Positions 9,108-18,896 of a stretch of DNA of 64,000 nt are shown here, piece by piece. The stretch's first letter is position 1, and each line of letters opens with the position of its first letter. A program made the position numbers and the translations under genes. The stretch lies in the NCBI GenBank assembly GCA_040220235.1, contig JAVJTO010000030.1; one strand, given 5' to 3'. Source of the stretch: Coleofasciculus sp. B1-GNL1-01. GTDB taxonomy: Bacteria > Cyanobacteriota > Cyanobacteriia > Cyanobacteriales > Coleofasciculaceae. Below the pieces are notes generated by a model. That model was not told where the DNA came from and made no database searches. It saw only the letters and a program-made list of their open reading frames with translations.

Positions 9108-10826
9108 TTACTGTTTTGCCAGTAATGGAGCGGCTTGTAATAGGGTTTGGGTATAAGGATGCTGGGGATTGGTAAACAAGGCTTCCGTGTCTGCCATTTC
9201 CACAATCTGACCTTGATTCATCACCGCGATCGCGTCACAGAAAAACCGCGCTACCCAGAGATCATGGGTAATAAATAAATAGGTTAACTCAAAGTCCTGT
9301 TTTAGCGATCGCATTAATTCCAGTACCTGTGTCTGTACACTTGCATCTAACATACTCACGGGTTCATCACAGATAATCAAACGGGGACGAGTAATCAACG
9401 CCCGCGCGATCGCGACTCGTTGCTGTTGTCCTCCGGATAAGTCTCTGGGATAGCGGTGGTAGTAGTCGTCTGGAGGCGTTAATCCCACCCGTTCCAGCAT
9501 TTCCATCACCTGATGTTTCGCTGCTGTTGCTGTGGCTAAGTGGTGGATAAATAAAGGATCGGCAATACTATCACCCACTGTCATTAAGGGATTTAGACAA
9601 GCCAAGGGATCTTGAAAAATCATTTGGATGTGTCGCCGCATATCCCGTAGGGATTTCCGGTTCAGTTGGGTTAAATTGATGCCTTGAAATTCGACAATAC
9701 CAGAGGTGGGCGGAATCAGTTGCAAAATGGTGCGCGATAGGGTACTTTTTCCACATCCTGATTCTCCCACTAATCCCAAAACTTGCCCCGGATACAGGTC
9801 AAAACTAACCTCATCCACCGCTTTAATCAGTTGAGGTTCGCGGGACAAGAATTGGGCAATAAAATTTTGTTCTAAGGTGAAATACTGCTTTAACTGTTGC
9901 ACTCGGAGAATGGGTGTCTGTTGATTGTTCTCCCCCTGTTTCTCCATCAGGGCGGGTTTAGTTAGGTTATCGGTTTTTTGGCTATCGTTATCGGTAAAAC
10001 CCGCCCCTACAACTCCGCCTCTGTGCGTTCCCTGTTCCCCATCATTCACCGTTTGCATCAGCAGCGCCGCTTGCAGGAGCGATCGCGTATACTCATGCTG
10101 AGGCTGGTACAAAATATCCCCAACTGCTCCCATTTCTACCAGTTCACCCCCATACATCACCGCCACGCGATCGCAGTATTCCCCCACCATGGCTAAGTCG
10201 TGGGAAATTAACAACAGCGCCATCTCCCGTTCTTGGCAAAGTCGCGTCAATTCCTGTAAGATTTGGGCGGAGACGGTGACATCTAGACTTGTGGTTGGCT
10301 CATCCGCGACAATCATCTTAGGATTGAGTAAAAGGGCGAGTGCGATCGCGACTCGTTGCCGCATTCCCCCACTAAATTCATGGGGATACTGAGACCAACG
10401 GTTCGCGGGAATCTTCACCGCTTCTAGGGTTTCAATTGCCTTTTGTTTACACTCAGAACGCGATAACTCAGGTTTATGCGCTTGTAAGGTTTCTAGACAA
10501 TGATCCCCAATCGTCATCAACGGATCAAGGCGTGTCATCGGATCTTGAAATACCAGCGCCACCACTTCACCGCGAAACTGGCGCAGTTGAGTTGGGTTTA
10601 ACTCAAAAATAGACTGTCCTTTAAATTTAATTTGTCCTTCAATTTTGGTTGCTGTTGGTAATAACCGCATCGCCGCGCGTCCCAGAGTGGATTTGCCACA
10701 CCCTGACTCTCCCACCAATCCCAATCGTTCTCCAGGATTCAGGGTAAATGAGACATCATTCACCGCCCAATAGTCAGGATTACTCGGATAAGCAATATGT
10801 AAATTTTCGATACAAAATAAAGTCAT
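9108..10826 (-). CDS. Peptide/nickel ABC transporter ATP-binding protein with two fused NBDs (DppD/DppF-like)
   Basis: Two GESGCGKST Walker A motifs; signatures FSGGMRQR and LSGGQQQR; ADEPT and CDEPV Walker B motifs. Confidence 0.95.
   Translation of the reverse strand: MTLFCIENLHIAYPSNPDYWAVNDVSFTLNPGERLGLVGESGCGKSTLGRAAMRLLPTATKIEGQIKFKGQSIFELNPTQLRQFRGEVVALVFQDPMTRLDPLMTIGDHCLETLQAHKPELSRSECKQKAIETLEAVKIPANRWSQYPHEFSGGMRQRVAIALALLLNPKMIVADEPTTSLDVTVSAQILQELTRLCQEREMALLLISHDLAMVGEYCDRVAVMYGGELVEMGAVGDILYQPQHEYTRSLLQAALLMQTVNDGEQGTHRGGVVGAGFTDNDSQKTDNLTKPALMEKQGENNQQTPILRVQQLKQYFTLEQNFIAQFLSREPQLIKAVDEVSFDLYPGQVLGLVGESGCGKSTLSRTILQLIPPTSGIVEFQGINLTQLNRKSLRDMRRHIQMIFQDPLACLNPLMTVGDSIADPLFIHHLATATAAKHQVMEMLERVGLTPPDDYYHRYPRDLSGGQQQRVAIARALITRPRLIICDEPVSMLDASVQTQVLELMRSLKQDFELTYLFITHDLWVARFFCDAIAVMNQGQIVEMADTEALFTNPQHPYTQTLLQAAPLLAKQ
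9949..10010 (-). repeat. GTAG-type REP-like palindrome lying in frame inside the ABC ATPase linker
   Basis: GTAGGGGCGGGTTTT..AAACCCGCCCT; the same family occurs intergenically at 10833-10896, 23965-24027 and 34228-34289. Confidence 0.8.
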
Positions 10827-11032
10827 AAGCATGTAGGGGCGGGTTTAGGCGTTTAATTTTGATACCTACCGATAATTGAACAACAAAACCCGCCCTCCCC
10901 ACCGATAATTGAACTTAAGTTGATACCAATGCAAATCTTGCGCCCCTTATAGGGGTGTACTATCAGCACTTGGGAAGCGCTATACTTTATTAATCGTTTG
11001 GTCAGCCAATTCTTCACTGTGGAACTTTCACC

Positions 11033-11170
11033 ATGGAACAATTGCTGTCGATAGTGGAAACAACGGCGGCTTCTGCCACAACGTTGCTGAGTAAAATTAC
11101 CACAACTGTAATTTATCATACCGGAGAAGCCGATCAATTTGACGATATTACCCTGCTGGCTGTGCGGTGA
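11033..11170 (+). pseudogene. C-terminal remnant of a PP2C/SpoIIE-type phosphatase
   Basis: Translates as MEQLLSIVETTAASATTLLSKITTTVIYHTGEADQFDDITLLAVR*; DDITLL is the SpoIIE/RsbU terminal motif. Confidence 0.65.
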
Positions 11171-11359
11171 TTGCCCCTTTGATGTACTCCCTATCATTAA
11201 CCCTGACTAATACCAAATCCGATGACAGGAAGTCCCTTTTGCCATGACGATTGAAATCGCGGAACCACACAAACATAAGATTTACGCAAAGCCTTTATGT
11301 GTAGGGTGTGTTAGCGAAGCGTAACGCACCTTTGCCACTGAAATTGAGTTGGGGCGAAC

Positions 11360-12547
11360 TCACCCACAAAACGCTTCGACAAACCTGACAAAAACTTCAA
11401 CTCCGATTGCCAACGCCGTTTCATCAAAATCAAATTGGGGATGGTGGTGAGGGGCGTTCAATCCTTTCTTTGAATTAGCGGAACCAACGAAGAAAAAACA
11501 GCCAGGTATTTTCTGGAGAAAGTATGCCATATCTTCACTGGCTAACGTTTGGCAGTCTGAGGTAACATCCGTGGGTGTTTTGACCACAGACTCGGCAACG
11601 GAATGCAGTAAGTTAGTGATTGTCTCATCGTTGACTAAGGGAGGAGAAATTTGCTGATAATCCAGTTTGTAATCTGCCCCGTGAATCTGGCAAATACCCG
11701 CTATAATTTGCTCAATTCGTTGAGGAATAAATTGGGTCAAGGCTGGGTTAAAATAGCGTACTGTGCCGCTGAGTTTGGCAGTAGCCGCGACAACATTTTG
11801 TTTTGTCCCAGCGTGCAGTTCACCCACTGTAATTACGGCGGCGTCTAAGGGGTCGATATTGCGAGAAATAATCGTTTGTAAGGCTTGGATAATATGCGCC
11901 CCAACGACGACAGCATCTACGGTTTGATGGGGCATCCCACCATGTCCACCCTTGCCCAAAATTTGGCAGAAAAATGCTTCAGATGCTGCCATTAATGCAC
12001 CGTGGCGCACTCCTACTGTACCCAGAGGTAAATTATTCCAGAGGTGCAGCCCAATAATGGCGGCGACATTCTCCAGAACTCCAGCTTCAATCATGGCTTT
12101 GGCACCGCCTAATCCCTCTTCTGCGGGTTGGAATATCAGTTTGATTGTTCCAGCAAAATATTCTCGATGGTGAGCAAGATAATAGGCAGTTCCTAATAAA
12201 ATAGCTGTATGCCCATCATGACCGCAAGCGTGCATAATGCCGTGGTGTTGCGATTGATAAGGAACTGAGTTGTCTTCGAGAATAGGTAGGGCATCCATAT
12301 CAGCGCGAATGGCTAAATTTTGGGGATTGACACTGGGTTTTGTCCCTTCGATTTGGGCGATAATTCCGGTTTTGGCGATGCCTGTTTGATGGGTAATGCC
12401 CCATTCCGTTAATTTTTGGCTGATAAAGTTAGCGGTTTGGTGTTCTTGGAAAGCGAGTTCTGGATGTTGATGAATGTGCCGACGCCACTGGACTAAGTTC
12501 GGCTGTAATCTATGAATTTTATGTCGTCGGTGTAGTTGATTGTTCAT
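11360..12547 (-). CDS. M20D family amidohydrolase (N-acyl-amino acid amidohydrolase-like)
   Basis: RRHIHQHPELAFQE, RADMDALP, MHACGHDGH, FQPAEEG, SEDMAYF and HHHPQFDFDE motifs. Confidence 0.93.
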   Translation of the reverse strand: MNNQLHRRHKIHRLQPNLVQWRRHIHQHPELAFQEHQTANFISQKLTEWGITHQTGIAKTGIIAQIEGTKPSVNPQNLAIRADMDALPILEDNSVPYQSQHHGIMHACGHDGHTAILLGTAYYLAHHREYFAGTIKLIFQPAEEGLGGAKAMIEAGVLENVAAIIGLHLWNNLPLGTVGVRHGALMAASEAFFCQILGKGGHGGMPHQTVDAVVVGAHIIQALQTIISRNIDPLDAAVITVGELHAGTKQNVVAATAKLSGTVRYFNPALTQFIPQRIEQIIAGICQIHGADYKLDYQQISPPLVNDETITNLLHSVAESVVKTPTDVTSDCQTLASEDMAYFLQKIPGCFFFVGSANSKKGLNAPHHHPQFDFDETALAIGVEVFVRFVEAFCG

Positions 12548-12730
12548 TGGTTATTGGCAAAAAATTGTTATGGCATATTGAAGATCGAGGTAATATCATG
12601 TCCGGTCAAACACCCCTAATAAAAATTTATCCGTGTCTAGAACGTCTGGAGCGTCTGTCCTAATTATGGGTAATCGTTAGGACATAATATACATAATATA
12701 AAGGAATTGTAGGGGCGACCCGCTGCAATA

Positions 12731-12870
12731 ATGAACAGGAGAAGTGCCTAACTTAATCGGGTCGCCCGATATTCAATGAAAATCAATTCCCCATTACTTT
12801 GAGGTGGGCAAAAATTAGAAAAATGAACAGGAGAATTGTCTAACTTGATCGGGACGCCCGATATTCAATG
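12731..12870. repeat. Imperfect ~49-bp direct duplication inside REP-like DNA
   Basis: AATGAACAGGAGAA(G/T)TG(C/T)CTAACTT(A/G)ATCGGG(T/A)CGCCCGATATTCAATG at 12731 and 12822. Confidence 0.75.
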
Positions 12871-12942
12871 GCTAAAATGGTGGATTAGATGTGACCATTG
12901 AATCGGGCGCACGTCAGTGCGCCCCTACAATTGCGGGGTTTG

Positions 12943-14010
12943 TTAGCCGCTGATTTGAGTTAGTTTGGGAACGGTTTGTTGGGTTAATTGCTGTACTAAT
13001 AAGTTGAGAAACAAGCCCACATCAGTAACCACACCCAGAGACTCAACCGAACCGCGATCGCATAATTTGGTGACAACGGCGGGATTGATGTCTACACAGA
13101 CGATTTGCACGCCTGCGGGGGTCATGTTGCCGACGCCAATGGAATGTAGCATGGAGGATAGCATCAGAATCATGTCCGCACCATGCAACAAACGGGCGTA
13201 TTCCTGTTGGGCGACAACGGTATCGGTGATGGTGTCGGGTAGGGGTCCATCATCGCGAATGGAACCTGCTAAGGCAAAAGGTATCCCCTGTTTGACGCAT
13301 TCGTACATGACGCCATGATTGAGGATACCTTGATCGACAGCCCGTTCAATAGTGCCACATCGTCGGATACAATTAATGGCTTGCAGGTGGTGTCGATGTC
13401 CACCGCGAACGTTAATTCCTTGTTGCATATCTACCCCTAGGGATGTACCAAACAAGGCTTGTTCGATATCATGAACCGCGATCGCGTTTCCACCGAGTAA
13501 GGCTTGTACGTATCCTTGGCGAATCAACGTGGCTAAGGCGTCACCCCCGCCTGTATGAATAACCACTGGACCTGCGGTAATGACGACTTTCCAGCCGCTT
13601 TCCCGGTAGGTGAGTAAATCATTAGCAAGACGTTCTACAATTAAACGGACTTGGCGTTCACTGGAGACGCCGGAGGACATGAAACTAAATTCGCGATCAG
13701 GTGGGTTGGCTGTGGTTTTATCCGGGATGCGAATCCCCTCTTCTCCAACAACCACCAAATCGCCAACCTCCAAATCCCGCAACAGTTTGCACTCAGCGGA
13801 TAGGGTGGGGGTATAATTGAGTGCGATCGCGGCATCCATGCGCTGGTTTTTTACTCGTAACCATTCCCCGGCGATAAAGACATCTGTGGGGTAAATGGTT
13901 GTACCGTAAAAGTGGTCTGGGGCGACTCCGGCTTGGGTGACGGATGCGACATGGGCTTCTTCGGTATAGGAACAGAGGGACAATTGGGGACAATGAAGTA
14001 ATTGAGTCAT
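12943..14010 (-). CDS. Stand-alone TIGR00300-type protein matching the C-terminal ornithine cyclodeaminase region of ArgZ/AgrE
   Basis: AGVAPDHFYGTTIYPT..QRMDA..FSFMSSGVSSER..AGPVVIHTGG..GGNAIAVHDIE..LAGSIRDDGPLPDT..MLHSIGVGNMTP. Confidence 0.88.
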   Translation of the reverse strand: MTQLLHCPQLSLCSYTEEAHVASVTQAGVAPDHFYGTTIYPTDVFIAGEWLRVKNQRMDAAIALNYTPTLSAECKLLRDLEVGDLVVVGEEGIRIPDKTTANPPDREFSFMSSGVSSERQVRLIVERLANDLLTYRESGWKVVITAGPVVIHTGGGDALATLIRQGYVQALLGGNAIAVHDIEQALFGTSLGVDMQQGINVRGGHRHHLQAINCIRRCGTIERAVDQGILNHGVMYECVKQGIPFALAGSIRDDGPLPDTITDTVVAQQEYARLLHGADMILMLSSMLHSIGVGNMTPAGVQIVCVDINPAVVTKLCDRGSVESLGVVTDVGLFLNLLVQQLTQQTVPKLTQISG

Positions 14011-14139
14011 GATTCTTCTGTGATGAGTGTGAGGATGGAATTAGTGATCTTTGTTGTTTATGTGTCGGGTGTGTTAGCGCAGCCTAACGCACCTTTGCCA
14101 CGATAGGTGGTGTAGCTAAACCCGCCCAGACTCAGGGTT

Positions 14140-15069
14140 CTAGACTTTCCGTGAACCATTAAAATTGGCGATGGGTTCAGTTAGGCGCAGGGTTAAACAT
14201 TTGGCGGTTCCCCCGGATTTGAGAAATTCTGAAAGCGGGGTTTCAATGACTTGGAAACCGATGGTGGTTAAGCGATGTTTGAGTTCGTTACTGGCTTGGT
14301 GCAAGATAATCAAATTGTCGATATTCACCGCATTACAGGCAAAATTCTCAGCATCGACGGCTGATATCGGAATCCGCCGCGTTTTGGGGATGCGCTGTTC
14401 AATCAGGCGGTTGGAATGGTTATCGAAGGCGCGGGGATTATAGAGGAGATAGCCACCCGTTAACGGACAAAAGCAGGTATCCAGGTGATAAAATTTCGGA
14501 TTAATCAGGCGTAGGGAGACAACCTCAATATCTAGCCAGGAGGCTAAGTAACCATGGGAATCGAGTGTAGACCGGAAGCCGTATCCCGCCCAGAGTAAGG
14601 CTTCTCCTCGGTCAAGCAGGGCGTCTCCTGCACCTTCAAAGGGTAGGTTGGGTGGGAGTTCATAGACAGTAAAGCCTTGCTGTTGGAAGTAAGCCTTAAA
14701 GAAGGGTTCTTCCCCCTGGCGTTGTGGATGACGGAAGCGACTGACAATGGCTTTATCTCCACGGATAACCCCGGCGTTGGCGGTAAAGACGAAATCCGGT
14801 AAACCGGGTTGGGGTGGGATGAGTTCTACGGTGGCGTATGAGTGGATACTGTGATACAGTTTTTGCCATTGTTGGAAGACGCGATCGCGTTGGGTTTGGT
14901 GCAGGTTGCCTTCCATCCAGGGATTGATAATGTAGTCCACGTCAAAGTAATCGGGACGACACATGAGAATGCAATTCGCATCTCTTTTTTGGAAGTGTTT
15001 ATCTACTGCAATGGTTTCAAGCTCAAGGCTTTTCAATATGATGGTCATAACAAGTTGTTGGTAAAACAT
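14140..15069 (-). CDS. Stand-alone guanidino-modifying (amidinotransferase-fold) enzyme matching the arginine dihydrolase domain of ArgZ/AgrE
   Basis: LMCRPDYFDVDYIINPWM, PDFVFTANAG, RQGEE, FEGAGD (Glu), FYHLDTCF (His), GGTAKCLTL (Cys); GGAG lies upstream of the ATG. Confidence 0.88.
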   Translation of the reverse strand: MFYQQLVMTIILKSLELETIAVDKHFQKRDANCILMCRPDYFDVDYIINPWMEGNLHQTQRDRVFQQWQKLYHSIHSYATVELIPPQPGLPDFVFTANAGVIRGDKAIVSRFRHPQRQGEEPFFKAYFQQQGFTVYELPPNLPFEGAGDALLDRGEALLWAGYGFRSTLDSHGYLASWLDIEVVSLRLINPKFYHLDTCFCPLTGGYLLYNPRAFDNHSNRLIEQRIPKTRRIPISAVDAENFACNAVNIDNLIILHQASNELKHRLTTIGFQVIETPLSEFLKSGGTAKCLTLRLTEPIANFNGSRKV

Positions 15070-15236
15070 TATGCTCCGAATCCCTAGAGCAATTTCATAT
15101 TTGCACTAACTTCGTTAAGGTAGTTATCTTGTGTGTAAAGATCTACTGTGTGTACAAAAATGCACATATAGAATGGTTACACCAGAACTTGTACACTAAT
15201 GTGTATACACCTAGCCGAGTAGTAGCCTTGGATATT

Positions 15237-18200
15237 ATGGAACAACAGAGGTTTGATGAAATATTTGATAACCTTACACCTTCACAGCGGAAGATACTGC
15301 GGTTGTTAGCACAAGGTCAGAAGGATAATGAAATTTCTGTATCTTTGAAAATTGAACCAGCAACTGTCAGAACACATGTTAAAAATATCTGTCGAGCCTT
15401 TGGCTTGAGAAATGAACCCGGTGAAAAGTACTCGTTGCGTCCTACATTGATTACTCTATGTGCCAAGTACAAACCTAATTGGGTGAGTAAGCACACTCTT
15501 ACCAACTTGAATAATGTGGGAGTATTAGAAACACCCAACGCAGAAAAAATAAGATGGCAAACCAGTGACTCTTTGGTAGATCATGAAGCAATTGCAAGCT
15601 CTTACCACGATTTAGGAGAAGCACCCGATGTATTAATTTTCTTTGGACGCACGGAAGAGTTCGTCACTCTAAAGCAATGGATTGTCAGTGAGCGCTGCCG
15701 ACTGGTGGCAATATTAGGTATGCGAGGGATTGGCAAAACTAGTTTTTCAGTAAAGCTAGTAAAACAGATTCAGGATGATTTTGAGTACATCATTTGGCGG
15801 TCACTTTTCAATGCTCCACCAATCACAGACATCTTGACTGATTTAATCAAGTTTCTGTCTAATCAACAGGAAACTGATTTTCCGAACAATATAGACTTCC
15901 AAATATCACGGTTACTACACTATTTGCGCTCGCACCGTTGTTTAATTGTTTTAGATAATGTTGAAGCAATTCTGCAGGGTGGCGACAGTGCTGGGCAATG
16001 CCAAAAGGGATATGAAGATTATGGTAAGCTATTTAGGCAAGTTGGTAAAATTTATCATAATAGCTGTTTATTATTGACAAGCCGAGAAAAGCCGAAAGAA
16101 ATTGCTTTACTAGAAGGTAAAACAAGACCTATTCGTTCATTACTATTAAAAGGGTTAAATGAACTAGAAGGACAAAAGATTTTTACAGAAATTGATTGTT
16201 TTGCAAGTTCCGATGATGAATGGAAAGAAATTATCAATTTTTATGATGGCAATCCTCTTATTCTAGAGATCGTAGCTAAACACATTTATGATGTATTTAG
16301 AGGAAATATTGCAGGCTTTATAAGCTTAGGAAAGCAAGTTTTTAGTGATATATATGAATTACTCGATTGGCATTTTGAACGGCTTTCATGCTTGGAAAAA
16401 CAGGTATTTTATTGGTTGGCAATTAATCGTGAACTTGTTTCAGTTTTCCAGCTCCAAGATGATCTTTTGTCATCAATAGCAAAAGAAAAAGTAACAGAAA
16501 CTATACAGTCTCTACAACGGCGATTACCTATTATAAGAAGTATCAAAGGTTTTGCGCTGCAACCTGTACTAGTTGAGTACACATATAGAAAATTAATCAA
16601 GCAGATTTCCCAAGAGATTGTAACTGGAGAAATTGAACTCTTGAACAGTCATGCTTTACTCAAAGCTACTGCAAAAGATAACGTGAGGGAAGCCCAAGTT
16701 CGTCTTATTATTAAACCCATTAAGGATAAGTTACTGAATATTTTTAAAAACCAAAGCTATGTTGAAGATGCTCTGATTCAGATTTCAGATAAATCACGCC
16801 AGAAAAATCCTTTGGAGCCTGGGTATATTGGAGGTAATATATTGAATATACTGTGTCAAATAAAGACAGATTTGAAAGGTTATAATTTTTCTTTTATGAC
16901 TATTTGGCAAGCATACTTACAGGGAGTAAATCTGCACGATGTAAATTTTGCTTATTCGGAGTTTGCACATTCTATTTTTACTCAAACCATAGGTAGTATT
17001 TTATCAGTAAAATTTAGTCCGGATGGAAAATTATTGGCTACAGGTGATGCTACTGGTGAAATTAGCCTGTGGCAAATTGCAGATGATCAGGGTTATAAAA
17101 TATCAACCTGCCAGGGACATACTAACTGGATTTGGTCAGTTGCTTTCTGTTTAGATGACAATATCCTAGCTAGTGGGAGTTCAGACCAAACTGTAAAGCT
17201 TTGGGATATCAAAAACGGTCAATGCCTGAAAACGTTTAAGGGACATAACAACCGCGTTCGATCTGTAGCCTTTAGTCCTAAAGATAAAATTATGGTCAGT
17301 GGTAGTGAAGATAAAACAGTAAAAATATGGGATGTTAATACTGGTCAATGCTTGAACACTTTGCAGCAACAAAGCCGGGTCTGGTCAGTCACTTTTAACC
17401 CTACTGGTCAAATCCTTGCCATTAGCTGTGAAGATCATACTGTGAAACTATGGGATGTTAAGACTGGTCAATATTTCAAAAGTTTAAAGGGACACAAAGA
17501 TTGGGTCAATACTGTTGTTTTCAGTCCAGATGGTAAAATTATTGCTACTAGCAGTCATGACCAAACCGTAAAGATTTGGGATGTCCAAAATGGTCAATGC
17601 CTCAACACATTTATAGGACACACTAATGAGGTAACTTCAGTTATATTCAGTCCTAATAGTCAAACTCTAGCTACTGGTGGAGCTGACAAAACTGTGAAAC
17701 TTTGGCAGATCCAAAATGGTCGATGCCTAAAAACATTGAACAAACACACTAGCTGCGTGCGCTCCGTAACCTTTAGTCCTGACGGTCAACGCCTTGCCAG
17801 TGGTGGTGAAGACAGAACAGTAAAAATCTGGGATGTTAATACTGGTCAATGCTTAAACACTTTGCAGGGGTACATCAACTGGAACTGGTCAGTTGTTTTT
17901 AGCCCAGATGGTAAGATTATGGTCAGTGGTAGCGAAGACTATCAACTAAGATTATGGGAGGTTAAAACTGGTCAATGCCTTAATACTCTACCAGGACACA
18001 CTAGTTGTGTTTGGTCAGTTGCTTGCAGTCCTGATAATCACATTATTGCTAGTGGTAGCGCTGACCGAACGGTTAAGCTCTGGGATATCCGAACTGGTCG
18101 ATGCATCAAAACTTTGGTTGGTCACGCTGGTTGGATATTTTCCGTTGCCTTCAGTGCAGATGGTCAAACTTTGGCTAGTGGCAGTGAAGATCAAACCGTA

Positions 18201-18866
18201 AAGCTATGGGATGTCCGAACCGGGCAATGTATCAAAACTTTGGTAGGTCACGTCGGATGGGTGCGACCAGTAGCTTTCAGTGCAGATGGTCAAACTTTGG
18301 CTAGTGGTAGCGAAGATCAAACCGTAAGGCTCTGGGATGTCCGAACTGGTCAATGTCTAAATATTCTACAAGAACACACTAGCAGAATACGATCAGTGAC
18401 CTTCAGTTCTGATAAGCATATCCTCGTTAGTGGCAGCGATGACTATACCTTGAAGGTGTGGGATCTGAGAACTGGTCAATGTCTGAATACTTTATCTGGA
18501 CACACAAATTGGGTACAATCTGTAGCATTCTGTCCTGATAATCAAATTTTGGCTAGCGGTAGTAACGATAACACAATAAAGTTATGGAGCATCCAGAGTG
18601 GTCGGTGTCTAAATACTTGGCTGGAACATGCTGATGCAGTACTCTCCGTCGCATTTAGTCCCACTGGTAAACTTCTAGGCAGTGGGAGCCAAGATGGAAC
18701 TATTAAAATTTTCGATATTAACAGAGGTGAGTGCATCAAAACTCTCCGATCCGAACGCCCCTATGAGAGAATGAATATCACTGGAATTAAAGGTTTAACT
18801 GAATCTCAGAAAGCTACCCTATTAAGTTTAGGAGCTATTAATGAGGAACTAGAACTCCCTATTTAA
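15237..18866 (+). CDS. LuxR-type HTH + NB-ARC (STAND) + WD40-repeat protein
   Basis: LTPSQRKILRLLAQG..EPATVRTHVKNICRAFG HTH; GMRGIGKT Walker A; LIVLDNVE Walker B; about 14 GH..WD repeats. Start placed at the ATG of MEQQRF. Confidence 0.92.
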   Translation: MEQQRFDEIFDNLTPSQRKILRLLAQGQKDNEISVSLKIEPATVRTHVKNICRAFGLRNEPGEKYSLRPTLITLCAKYKPNWVSKHTLTNLNNVGVLETPNAEKIRWQTSDSLVDHEAIASSYHDLGEAPDVLIFFGRTEEFVTLKQWIVSERCRLVAILGMRGIGKTSFSVKLVKQIQDDFEYIIWRSLFNAPPITDILTDLIKFLSNQQETDFPNNIDFQISRLLHYLRSHRCLIVLDNVEAILQGGDSAGQCQKGYEDYGKLFRQVGKIYHNSCLLLTSREKPKEIALLEGKTRPIRSLLLKGLNELEGQKIFTEIDCFASSDDEWKEIINFYDGNPLILEIVAKHIYDVFRGNIAGFISLGKQVFSDIYELLDWHFERLSCLEKQVFYWLAINRELVSVFQLQDDLLSSIAKEKVTETIQSLQRRLPIIRSIKGFALQPVLVEYTYRKLIKQISQEIVTGEIELLNSHALLKATAKDNVREAQVRLIIKPIKDKLLNIFKNQSYVEDALIQISDKSRQKNPLEPGYIGGNILNILCQIKTDLKGYNFSFMTIWQAYLQGVNLHDVNFAYSEFAHSIFTQTIGSILSVKFSPDGKLLATGDATGEISLWQIADDQGYKISTCQGHTNWIWSVAFCLDDNILASGSSDQTVKLWDIKNGQCLKTFKGHNNRVRSVAFSPKDKIMVSGSEDKTVKIWDVNTGQCLNTLQQQSRVWSVTFNPTGQILAISCEDHTVKLWDVKTGQYFKSLKGHKDWVNTVVFSPDGKIIATSSHDQTVKIWDVQNGQCLNTFIGHTNEVTSVIFSPNSQTLATGGADKTVKLWQIQNGRCLKTLNKHTSCVRSVTFSPDGQRLASGGEDRTVKIWDVNTGQCLNTLQGYINWNWSVVFSPDGKIMVSGSEDYQLRLWEVKTGQCLNTLPGHTSCVWSVACSPDNHIIASGSADRTVKLWDIRTGRCIKTLVGHAGWIFSVAFSADGQTLASGSEDQTVKLWDVRTGQCIKTLVGHVGWVRPVAFSADGQTLASGSEDQTVRLWDVRTGQCLNILQEHTSRIRSVTFSSDKHILVSGSDDYTLKVWDLRTGQCLNTLSGHTNWVQSVAFCPDNQILASGSNDNTIKLWSIQSGRCLNTWLEHADAVLSVAFSPTGKLLGSGSQDGTIKIFDINRGECIKTLRSERPYERMNITGIKGLTESQKATLLSLGAINEELELPI

Positions 18867-18896
18867 AAATATTTTATAAAATCAATTATTTTTTAT

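Noticed and set aside
10853..11197. 114-aa minus-strand ORF
   Set aside because: It is the shadow of the + strand phosphatase remnant and REP DNA, with no recognisable motifs.
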